Origin: Chrysomallon squamiferum
Taxonomy: Eukaryota; Animalia; Mollusca
Direction: 5' to 3'
DNA: 64,000 nt
Assembly (NCBI GenBank): GCA_012295275.1
Contig: CM022671.1
Span: 32,488,001 to 32,552,000 of the forward strand
Shown: in pieces, positions 45,701 to 58,928 of the stretch
Layout: each line of letters begins with the position of its first letter
Position numbering within the stretch: position 1 is the stretch's first letter
Notes under the pieces: model-generated
Database searches by the model: none
Told to the model about the DNA's origin: nothing
What the model saw: the letters and a program-made list of their open reading frames with translations, nothing else
Position numbers and translations under genes: made by a program

Positions 45701-46940
45701 AACTTTTGTTAATTAGTCTTGGGTACTGTTCAAAATGGAAAATAAATAGGTATTGGATTCTGTTATTTCTGTTTATTGGTAGAACATCAAGTTTCAATGA
45801 ATGACGTTTAACTGGGTTTTATTTAAATTAAGAGTCCTTTTAAACTGAATTATAATATGTATTATGTTTTTGTCATGTGAATTACATTGAAAGTTTTTGT
45901 TATATGGATTACATTGTAGATTTTATTTGCTACAGATGATGAACCATTGTCATTCAGCAGCCAGATGAATAAGTCATGAAAACTTCAAAATATATATATA
46001 TTTTTTTTTACAAAATAATGAATAAATAAACGAAATAGAAAACTTTAGTTAAATTTAAAAAACAAATGAATGTATAATTAATTTAATCTGTCAACATATT
46101 CTTAAGTAATAATTATATAGCATCAGCTGTGTAGTTGTATAATGACAATAACTGGCAGGCTGCAGCTAGTTGTCTGAACAGTTAAACTCAGTCTGGCTCA
46201 GTACCCAGTCTGTTTCCTCTTTCAGCTCCTGCTCAGTGAGTGCTTATCAGGCCAATGTATATGAGAAGGTATATATATAAAAACCTTTCTTGCTGCTAAG
46301 GGTTACTCCTACAGTTAAAATAATTAATCTTTTTCATTCACTTTCCACAAAGGGAACTAATAATGAGTCTATGTTAGAATGGGAAATAATATAGAGTTTT
46401 GGTCCTGTGACATAAGTTGAGTGCACTACCCTGACTTTTACCACGTTTGAAAGGCTTATGAATTCTGTTTTTGTGGTTGATGCCATGGGAACAGAGAAAC
46501 TAAGCTGAAAGCTCTTACTCTAAGTCCATGTTACAGAATGTGTGTAGAGAACAACACTGTTTGATCAGATTCTGTTATCTGTGAGGCATGTACTGAAACA
46601 TAAACACATGAATCTCTTAGTGGTGTTTGTCTAACCTCTTGTCCAGAGTTAAAACATTCCTCTTGGGGTACTAGTGAAACAACAAGGTAAAAATGAAGGA
46701 AAACAGACCAAGCTGAATTATTCTGGACCACAACAGAAGCAAAGAGATGAACATTTATCAAAAACAGACTGGTACGATCAGTTAAAAAATGCTAATTTAC
46801 ACAACATTGTGCATAAGGAGATGATATATTTTTTTTTACCTTCATTTGTCTCAATAAATTACACTGGATTCAATACCAACCAATAAAATTGTCTTTTGTG
46901 TTCTTTAACTATAAATACAGCATGTCACTGTAATGATATT

Positions 46941-46978
<38 letters not shown>

Positions 46979-48954
46979 CAGAGAGAGAGAGAGAGAGAAT
47001 GAATGAATAAATATATGAACCTTTTGTGAGTGTGTGTATTTATATATATTCAAATGTGGTCTTGTGTTTGCATATGATATGGCCTGTATTTAAGCTGTAC
47101 TGTAAATATTGGTTTTTGAGAGACAGCATGTTTTTGTCTGTCTGTCTCTGTGTGTATGTGTGTGTGTTTATTCATATGTGGTATTGTGTATAACATAAAC
47201 TGTGATTTATCCTTATTTTAAAATTTGGTTGTTGCTGATATGGAACTGAGAGAGAGATGGTTGTCATAATATTGATAATGTTACAGTAATCTTAATAGTT
47301 AAGAGATTTACTTTACTTTTATCTTCAGATTCACAGTATAATACAAGTACGTCACCATTAAATTAATATCTGTGTACAGAACTATGCAGCATAATGTGTA
47401 TCTTGATCTGTAACACACACAAATAAATAATGGTTGTCATGTGAGACTGTGTGTGTTTGATTATATGAATGTATATCCTTGTTCTGAATGTGTATGTTTG
47501 TAGTTAAATTTCAGTAAAAGTGATGTATTTTTTTGTTAATATATAAATTTGATATGTATATATATATGTATGAATGTATTTATGTATGTATATATTGTGA
47601 ATGTTTTTGTGTATTTCTGAATATGTATTTAAGTAAGTCTTTTGATGTGTCTGGATGATTTATCTGTTTGCAGTATGTGTGTGTGTGTGTGTGTCTGAGT
47701 GTGAACATACATGCATGTTTGAAAGGATTGTGTATGTGTGTGTGTCTGAGTGTGAACATACATGCATGTATGAAAGGATTGTGTATGTGTGTCTGAGTGT
47801 GAACATAAACGCATGTATGAAAGGATTGTGTGTGTGTGTATATCCGAGTGTGAACATACATGCATGTATGAAAGGATTGTGTGTGTGTATATCTGAGTGT
47901 GAACATACATGCATGTATGAAAGGATTGTGTGTGTGTGTGTGTCTGAGTGTGAACATACACACATGTATGAAAGGATTGTGTGTGTGTATCTGAGTGTGA
48001 ACATACATGCATGTATGAAAGGATTGTGTATGTGTGTGTGTCTGAGTCTGAACATACACGCATGTATGAAAGGATTGTGTATGTGTGTGTCTGAGTGTGA
48101 ACATACACACATGTATGAAAGGATGGTGTGTGTATCTGAGTGTGAACATACACGCATGTATGAAAGGATTGTGTATGTGTGTGTGTCTGAGTGTGAACAT
48201 GAATGTATGAAAGAATTGTGTGGGGGGATGTGTAAATCGTGGATGTTTGTGTGTGCATACTGACTGTGTGTGACTGTCTATATGTGCATGAGTGTATCTG
48301 TGTGTAAGTGTTAGTGTATGCGAATGGTTGGTCTGTAGCTAAGGGTGTGTATGTGTGCAGTGTATGTATATGTTTATGTGTTTTGTCTCACAAGCACACT
48401 TTGCAGAAAACCTGTTTTTTTTTTTTTAAACTGGGCTAATTCACAAATCAGGGGGATGTGTCATATATCATCAGACCTGTCCACCCATACAGTGTGTATT
48501 TTGCTGTAACCTGTATTTATATAGCTAATTAATTTCTTTTTACTCCCAGGGCATGTTACCATACCTGTATGAACTTGATTACAAACTGTCATATATCACT
48601 CCTCTCCACCCATTCAAAATTAATCTTTCTTATAACCTGCTATTCACCTTTATTCAAGCCTTCTGTATTTAATTAAGTTTTGTTTTTTTAACTGTTTAGA
48701 TGTTTTGTCAATCCCGTACAAACCCAGTCACAAACTGCCATTTGTCATCACTGATCTCCACCCATTCGAAAAATTCATTTTTCTTTTAATCTCTGTTTAC
48801 TTCAGTCACGCCAAACATATTTGATTTTTTTTGAAGAAATTAAATTTTTTGTTTCTTAAACCTGTTCTACCTTTTTCCAGGACCTGATTACAAACTGTCA
48901 TTCATCATCACTTACTCCACCCTTACATATTTAATTTCTTTCTATTTAATTTTT

Positions 48955-49006
<52 letters not shown>

Positions 49007-49454
49007 TTTGCTATTATACTTTTACCTTTTTTCACTGTTAAGGTTTGTTATTATTCCAGTTCTTCATTTTTTTTTAGGAAATTATTACAAACTGTCATAC
49101 TTTGTCACCTTTCTCCATCCATTTTCAAAAATTTTTTTTTTTTTTTATCTGATTTTACTTTTATTCATACCTTATATATTTCTTCTTTTTTTAAATTTTT
49201 TTTTGTATTTCTTTCATTTTTCACATTTAATATATCTGTTGTATAACATAATATCTATTATATATCATGCTGTCAGTAAAAATAATAATTTAATAACAAC
49301 AAATATTAATAATAAAAATAATGTTAATAACACCACCACCACCACCAGCAACAACAACAATAATGATAATAAAATAATCCCCATCAATGTTGTTCTATTA
49401 CTGTTAATAATAAAATCTGCAGATCAAAATTCCAATCCATACATGAAAATAACA

Positions 49455-49496
<42 letters not shown>

Positions 49497-52400
49497 ATAA
49501 ATAAATAAATAAATAAATAAATAAATCCAATATGGTTCAGTTTATCTTTTATTTTTTATCCATGCAGCAATAGATTTAAAAAATAAGAAAAATAAAGAAA
49601 TAACAATACAGGTACCAGACCAATTATCTGAACTCCTTAAAGCCTGAGGCATTCCGAATTTCTGGATTTTTCAGTTTTCTGGTACCAAGGCCTCTAAATA
49701 CAGAAATAGTTATGTATAAACATTTTAAAATTAAAAACATAAAGAAAATTGATGATACATAAATGTGGTGAGTGAATAAATGCCACGTGGCTTGAATGAG
49801 TAGTTCCGGTCTGGTGAGGACAACACCTGCATGTGTGAACTATCAAAATAGTGTTGGGAAAAAACTTCCGGTTTTGTGGTTTTTCCAGATTTCAGGACAC
49901 CAAATAATTGGTCCAGTACCTTTAATTATTAAATAATAATAATAATAATAATAATAATAAAGAAAAGATAATAATAATTTAAAAATAAAAATAAAAATAA
50001 AAATAAAAATAAAAATAAAAATAAAAATAAAAATAAAAATAAATAAATAAATGATAATAATAAATGAACAGTTTTAAAAATCCAATATTGTGGCACAGGT
50101 TATCAAAAAGTATCAGGACTCCTGACCTATAGCATGCTGCTAATTAATTACTTTTAAGCTGTCAAGAAGTTATCAACCCTGTCCAATCTGCTTAGATAAA
50201 GCTGATTACAAGACACTGACTGCAAAGATATTTTCCTGACAGATTTGTTGAGATGACTGCCAATAGATTCCAATCTGTCAACAGTTAACTGTGTTATCTC
50301 ATCTCTCAACTTTCAGGTACAGTGTGATCAGTTTCTATCAAAGGTACAAAAAGTCACATATTTAAAAAAGAGTTGTAGCTTTGTTGAATATTGTTTAATT
50401 TATAGTTTATTTGATAATGATTGATTATTGTATTTTGTGTATATAAATGTGATGAATGTGTTGTTTAACATGCAGCAAAAGAGAAAAAATATAAGTCTAT
50501 ATTTGTCAAAATAATCAAATTGCATTGCTTTGTTTTGACATTAAAATACCTTAACTTTAGTTTGTGGTCATGACAACAATACAATATAAATTATGTTCTT
50601 TAGATATACTGAGTGACTAATCTTTTCAAAATGTACAACAACAACAACAACAACAACAAAGGCAGTAACAGCAATAAGTAAAAAGAGCTGCTTAATGAGC
50701 ATTTCAGATATCACCAGGGCCTTTTGTGACAAATGTGAATCTTATTACTTTGTATTTAGATTTTCAGTGTGAAGATCTAGTCACCCAGTGTGAAGATCTA
50801 GTCACCCAGTGTAAAGATCTAGTCACCCAGTGTAAAGATCTAGTCATCCAGTGTAAAGATCTAGTCAAAAATCAGTAGAAGGAGATGGTCATTACTTTCC
50901 ATCATGCTATTTGAATTATTTCCCAGTCTAGTCAGTACCTAATGATGTATTTATGAAATACTGTAGTTTTTGCTTTACAATCTATGGGAAGGTAGATATT
51001 GAATATTCCATTGCTATAGTCAGTAATATAATAGCCCATGCAGCTGGTTTCCTCTTTGCCATCCCCATTTTGAACTCCACCCCCAAAACAATAATAATCT
51101 GGAATCAAATACTGATTCTTAATAAAATGAGTGGAGATGTTATTAAATAGGTATTAACTCCTTCATAGAGAAGTTTGTCATTTATAATATATTAATATAA
51201 TGTCTTCTTGTCACAAATATATATTTATCTCTGTCAGATACATACATCATTAAAGTTTGTCACTTGACTGGGAAGGGAATTTTAAATTATTTTAAATTCT
51301 TTTCTTTTCTTTTAAACTTATTTAATTAAAATTAATTGATTTATTTATTGTGTAGGTTAAGTTCAATTTATTTTATAGGGTCTTTTTTCTTTGTTTCTTC
51401 CTTTGTTTTTTTTTATTATTATTATTTTTTTCTTTTTACCATTTATATTATTTTTTTTTTTGGTTGTTAATTTATTTTGCATTTAAAAAATATCTTCTGC
51501 ATTTCATTGTTTTTTATGGAATGTTGTCAAATATCCTTGTGAAATATTTGTTTCAAATTTCAACTGGAAAACAAAGAAAAAGTTTTATATAATAACACCC
51601 CACATTGGAGGTTAGTTTATATTTTCTATTAGGGCTATAATCTATCCTAAAACAAACCTTGGTTCTTTTTTTGTACTTTGACGTATTTATTACCACCAAG
51701 CTACAGAATAAAATCAAACATACATTTTTTACTGAACTCACTTCTGGTGAACAGGATCTTAGAATCAGTTCATGTTATTGGAAATCTTTGAGTTTCAGAA
51801 AGTAATATATGAAAATCAGAACATATATATACACACACACAGACACACACACTCACATTCACTGCCTTACATACACAAACACACAGACATAGAAGAAGAA
51901 AAAACAAAATGTAATTATAAAAGAATGTAAATAAATATGTTTAAGAGTAAAAAAAGTCAGCTAAAAAAAGTTCAGACATATTTATTTATAACCCTAGGTG
52001 TTATATTTTCCATCCATTAGAATTTTACACTGAAGTGGTATGGAACTTGAGGATTGCTTGATCAGTTCTATAAATCAGATATCTTCTGGAATAAAAAAAT
52101 TAAATAAGTCAATAAATAAATAAATAAATAAATAAAGATAATTAAGATAATTTTATTTATTAAATTTATTTTATTTAATAATTATTTTAAAGATTTATTG
52201 TTTATAAATGTTTTCAGTTTTATTGGTGTGTGTTTTTTTAAGAATTTTCTTTTCTTTGAGTGGTATTATTTTAATTTCATTTTATTATATTATTTGTTAT
52301 TAATTGTTTAAATTTTCATTTTATTTGTCTTAAATTATTATTATTATTTTTTTTATTTAGAAATTTACTATATGATGATAAAAAAACTAAAAACAAACTA

Positions 52401-52515
52401 CACATTGAAAAATTGACATTTTTGTACTAAAAAAATTGTTCTATTTGTTTATTAATTTATTTTATTTCATTATACTTTCAGGAGTATCTCTCTCTCTCTC
52501 TCTCTCTCTCACTAG

Positions 52516-52561
<46 letters not shown>

Positions 52562-53035
52562 CTCAGTCTTACCATATTTATATTTCTTTCTCCTTGTTCT
52601 CTCTAACTCAAAATAATTGTAAAAGTAAAAACAGCCATATATTTGTTTATGCACTTTTGACGATATTCAATTTGCATATAACTTGTTAAACTTACATATA
52701 TAAGTCATAAAAATGTACACTGTTATGTCTTTTGTTTCATGTTATTGGCATGTCCTTTTAGTTTTGTGATATCTAAATTTATATTTTATAGTTTACATTT
52801 ATTTAATCTGTGTGCATATATATATATATTTTTTAAAAGTATATTGTATGTAGATTGGGTTTTTTACCTGCAACTGGGCATGTAGGTATGTGTGTATATT
52901 TCTTTATGTGTGTATATATGTATGTGTGTTTGTATATATGCAAAAGTTTGAGTGTATGTATATTTGTGGATATATATTTATGCATGCATATAATGTGTGT
53001 GTGTGTTTGTGTGTACCTATCTGTGAAGGTGTATA

Positions 53036-53070
<35 letters not shown>

Positions 53071-56000
53071 TGTGCATGTATGTTTGCATGTATGTATGTA
53101 TGCATGTATGTATGTACGTGTGGATTTACTTATGTATGTTTGTATATATGCAAAAGTTTGAGTGTATGTATATTTGTGAATATATATTTATGCATGCATA
53201 TAATGTGTGTGTGTGTTTGTGTGTGTGTATGTCTGTGTGTTTGTGTGTACCTATCTGTGAAGGTGTATATGTATATATGTGTGTGTGTGTGTGTGTTTGT
53301 GTATGTGTGTGCATGTATGTTTGCACATATGTATGTATGCATGTATGTACGTACGTGTGGATTTACTTATGTATGTATGTATGTATGTATGTATGGATAG
53401 ATTTACTTAAAAAGTAACATATATCTGAATGTATGTATGTAAAAATATGTATGTATATGTAATCTATATGTTGGGTATCAAAGTCATTGTGTATATGTGG
53501 TATGTATTTAGATAAAATATATATTTGAAGAAAAAAAACCAAGAAGTAATAGAGATAATTAGGTAATGCCTGTGTAGTTCAAATTAAACTGTAGGAACAT
53601 ATAAAATAGATCATTTGCCAGGGGACAGTGTAAGTACCGGTGGAATGTCTTTTTTTTCATAAAGGGATTGCTGTCAATTCATGTCGATCTCACTTATCAT
53701 TGTTCACTACCGTTACTCAGCTTACTATCAATTGTCCTTCATGTGTGTCTGTCAGGCTGTGTCACTGAAATTTTACCTTTCAGCTCCAGTGTATATGTTT
53801 TACCTTGTATATGTTATACCACCATCTCTTAGTCAGACATTACGAACGTTTCATTCCTGAATGCCAATCTCTGAGGGATTCTAGTTCGACAATTTTTTTT
53901 TTTTTTTTCATTTGTGAGTGATGAGTAAAGTAGGCTACAGGAGAAAATTATTTGTTCTGTATTTATGCTGTTTTTGTTGATATATGTATTAATAATTTTT
54001 AAATATCTAAATATTAATATTTTATTCTGATATATTTTTTAATATATATTAAATTGTTTGCTTTTTTATGTATATTTAAATATCTTTACATGTTTTTTCT
54101 TACATGTGTATATTTTTATATGTATATTAATATTTTTTCTTATACATACTTAAATATCATTATAGATATCTTTTCTTTGTATCTCTAGTTTTTAAATAAA
54201 TTTTATATTTGGGGTAATTTCTCTGCTGTGTTAATTGGATGGTACACATTCATTTATAAAATTTGTTTTTGTGAACTGTTTCTTCTTGGAATAAAGAAGT
54301 TTTGTGTGTGTTAACAATTACAAGTACAAAGTGTTTGTTACTGGATTACAGGATCATGTCTGCTGTAAACAGACTCACAACACGGGTAAGTTGGAGTTTA
54401 TGTATGTCTGTATGTATGTCTATGTATGTATGTATGTCTGTATGTATGTCTATGTATGTATGTATGTATGTATGTCTGTATGTATGTCTATGTATGTATG
54501 TATGTATGTATGTATGTATGTATGTATGTATGTATGTATGTATGTATGTATGTATGTATGTCTGTATGTATGTATGTGTATGTATGTCTATATATGTATG
54601 GATAATGTGTGTGTGTGTGTTTTTATAAGTGTGTACATGTATATGCAGATATGTATGTAAGTATGTATGTATTTATGCATGTATATATGCATGTCTGTAT
54701 TATGCATGTATGTATATGTATGTGTTGATGAGTATGTATAATATATTTTCATGTTTGCATGTATGTATATTTATATGAATATCAATGTATGTACATATGC
54801 ATTAATATGTGTGTATGTACATATATCTACATATATACCCACATTAATATATAATGTGTGCATATCTGTATCTGCGCACGTGTATGTATATGTGTGTATG
54901 TATGCATGTGTATGTATATGTCTTGTTTTAAATTCATGCCTCACAGCTACATAAGTAGTTTTGTTGTACATTTTGTTTATATGTTGTGTAATATACAGAA
55001 GGAACTCTACTGTGACATACATTGACTTTTTATTTGTTTTTGCACATTGTTTATCAATGTTTTTATTTATCTGAAGAACTGGAATATCACACCAATAATT
55101 AATGTCAGAATTATATTTTATTGGAAATGTGGTTAAACACACAGTTAATTTTGTTTTCTTATTTTTTCTGAAATAAAAGAAAAAATGTTTAATCACATAA
55201 ACGACTTTTTAAAAAGATCCTAATGTTTATTTTCATTTTTAATTTATTTGTTTTAATATAAAAATTATGATTATTATGATGGTTATTATTATTATTATTA
55301 TTATTAAGAATAATATTATTATTTTTTAAAGAATCTGATATATTATTTAGAAATAGGAATGTCACAAAGTTTTTAAAATATGAGAAACACTAATCCACCA
55401 AACACACAACAGTTATATAAAATACCAAAAAAAAAAAAAAAGAAGAAAAAAAAGAAAATAGAGTAGAAAATAAAAAAAGAATCAAACTTTAGTGATCCAT
55501 TGCATATTTTTTTTGTAACAAAAATAAATACACCACAGTTTTAAAATGTCTCACACACACACACACACGAAGATTTTCTGCTTATAATAAAATATAAATG
55601 TTACATCATCAATATTAAATTCAAAGAAAAAAAGAATTAAACAGCAGTCTTCTTCCAAGTGATTCTTAATTCCCAGAGATCAAACTTTGTTAATGATAAA
55701 GCATAATCCATGAAGATTGCTGTTTTCATTTATTTCTTGAATTTATTTCTTGAATACTTATGACATGTTTATGTAATATAATGTTCTTGTTCAAGGGGTA
55801 ATTACCTCTATAAACCTGACTGCACCCCACCCCAGATAAAAGAGAAAAAGTAATAATAATAATTTCTTTCAAAAGAAATGAATATTGGACTCTATAGTAA
55901 ACACAAGTAAACTTGTTATGTCAACATCGTGTTTCAGAACAAAAAAACATATTTCACTTACAAAAAACAACAAAAACAAAACACTTGAAAATTTTTCTTT

Positions 56001-57357
56001 TTTTTTTATTTTTTTTTTTATGTCTAACCAATCATGTGATCTGCATTACCCATAGCAACTGGAGCATGGCTTTATTGTATGCATACTTGTTTGTTAAATC
56101 GTAGTTAGGTAAATAATGGTAACCCACAAAAGGCCTCTTTGTTGGTGATCTGTTGGTCTTTGTGTTATTATTATGGCAGACATTTTGTTCTCCCTTTAAG
56201 CTGTTGGTATTTCTCTGTACTGTATATCTGTACTTCAAACAAAATAATCTTGTTTTCTTTATGCTGTGTGTACTCTTTAAAGGAAAACATTCTATAGAAA
56301 CTTTTAGAACTAAATTATTAATATTATTCATAGGCTTGTCAATAAAGGTATTCCTTTATGTCATTTTCATTACATTTTTAGTTATTTTATATTTAACTGT
56401 AGTGTAAAAAAAAAAATTAATTACTTTCGTTATTGTTATTTTATTATTATTATTATTTTTTTTTTGTTACCTTTTTATTCAGCATGTTATGCAAGTTGCT
56501 TTTACATTAATTTTGTTTTTTAAACTGGACTTGTATTTCCTTAAATAATACATCAGCAACAGTTTCATAGTAAATGTCACCAGTTTCTTGTATTATTTTC
56601 CTAAGTGTCTTTTTTTTTTTTTTTAAACACATAATAAATATTGTTTTATTAAAAGAGAGTCTGAAAAAATTCATGTTTAATGCAATATGTTTTTTTCTGT
56701 CAGAATAATAATAATAATTAAAAACAAAAAAAAAAAAAAAAATGAAAACATTGTTTTTAATAAATAATCAAATAATGAAGAAAATAATAAAGGACTACAA
56801 TATGTTATTTTAATTAAAGTTTTTTTTTCTTAATCATAATAAATTTTAATAAATAAAAAAATAATGAAGAAAATAATAAAGAACTACAAGATATTTTTTT
56901 TATTAAATGTTGTTTTTTTCTTATTCATTACATCCTGCTGTGTTTGTTTTTTCATGAAACTAATACAAATGATTATCTACGTCAGTAAACGACACATTCT
57001 GAGTTGTCAAATATTGTTTTCTCTAAATCATGTTGAGACACACAATACTCAGTTTTACTACAGTCAGCCTTGGTTTCTTGTATAAGTCATATGATATTTA
57101 AAACCTACTTCAGGTCTCTCTAACCAGGGGGTATGTTGGGTGTGTAAACACAGAATATTGACCCCAAGAAGTAAATCTTTTGAAAAAAAAAATAATAAAA
57201 AAATAAGGATTTACTAATAACCAAGCAACAATGACATTTTAAAATTATTTTATTACAGTTATTGTTTGTTTTTTTATACCAGTATTCAGGAAACTATATT
57301 TGTTCAAAAAATAAACAAACAAACAAACAAACAAACAAATAAATAAATTAATAAATA

Positions 57358-57418
<61 letters not shown>

Positions 57419-58878
57419 GCAAGAAAAAGAAGGTAAAATTTTTTTTTTTTAAATTAAAAAAAAGATACAATTTGGTTCTCATTTGTGCTTATTTGTTCTA
57501 ATTACAGTTAGAAAGTACAGTTTTGTTTTCAACTTGAATTATATTTTTATTAATAAAGATTGAAGTAATATTAAAAAATATGTATATTAAGTCTTTATTT
57601 CAATGCATTTTTGAAGGTAAATTTAAAGCATCTAGAATTACCAGGGTCAAAGTAAAATGTTATGTTAAAAACTGATTTTAAGTTATTTATTATATCACTA
57701 ATAATATACTTTTGCAATAAAGTATACAGATCTGTAAGCAAATTACGATTATGTTTAGAAACAAACTGAATATCACAAGTGTCACAACCCAAACATTATA
57801 ATACACGTGGTTAAGTTAAAAGTGTGGAGATATTGTATGCTAGGTGAAAAGAAATGACACATTAAACAAAAGAAACTGTGACAATGAATCCACAAACAGG
57901 TGTAAATACACCTTTTCTGCTAAATGTATAAAGTATTTTAGCATTATTGAACACATTAATAAATACAGTTTATGTCACAGGTAGATAAGACATTGTTGAT
58001 AGATTTTGCAGTCAGTATAATCAGTAACTTTGATCAGTAGGATGCATATTGCCAGAAATTCAGTGTGCTGTTATTAAACTGTGAGCAGTATTAACATATA
58101 AACCGTGTTTTTATTTACACATTCTTGTTATTGGTTGAAAACTGTTTGATCTCATCAGTAATGAAAAACAGCTTTTAGGGTTTATTTATCTTCAATGTAC
58201 AGGTTGGTGTATTTACCAGTCTGGTAAATGTAATATCACAGTGCATGCTGTTTTATGGGAATATGCATATCACAGAACTGTTGTTTGTGTGATACCATGA
58301 CTACCAACCATAATGCTATGGTGGAGTACTTCACAAACTGGTATATCAAAAATATGATACATTCTGTTTTTGGGGAATATATTTGGGAAATAACTTTTGC
58401 TTGTATGGCAACCACAACCACCACCTGCAGCTGCTACTATACTTATTACTACTGTAATATTTGATAAGGAGTATTATCATTATCATACCATGACCACCAC
58501 CATCACTATTACTGTCACCATCACCATCACCCTGTCTATAACAAAAACAACAACAACAGTTACTGCTATTATTACTATAACTGTAAATATTACTGGTTCC
58601 ATTATTGTTTTTATTACTGCTGTTTTTCAGACTATCAGTCGAGCTAGTAGTCGGAAATCAAGACAGGGCAGTGCTGCATCAAAGCTCACAGAGAAAGGCC
58701 AAAGTTCAGAGAGCGAAGATGACGTTGGAGAAGGGAGGGGTGTGGATTCTGACATGGATTTCAGACCAGTTGACATCACTGATGAAAAAGCCTTTGATAC
58801 AGATCTTGAGGAAAATGGTATACAATGTAGAGTTATAGTTTATTAATATGTATGCATAGTGGACTGTGCGTATCTATT

Positions 58879-58928
<50 letters not shown>

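Noticed and set aside
47580-48263. Four overlapping ORFs of 165-209 aa rich in His/Thr or Cys/Val
   Set aside because: Translations of a TG-rich minisatellite.
49008-49508. 166-aa hydrophobic, poly-Q/N ORF
   Set aside because: Low-complexity T-rich and trinucleotide-repeat intronic sequence with a non-ATG start.
52833-54954. Many MYVC/HTHT-type ORFs
   Set aside because: Microsatellite artefacts.
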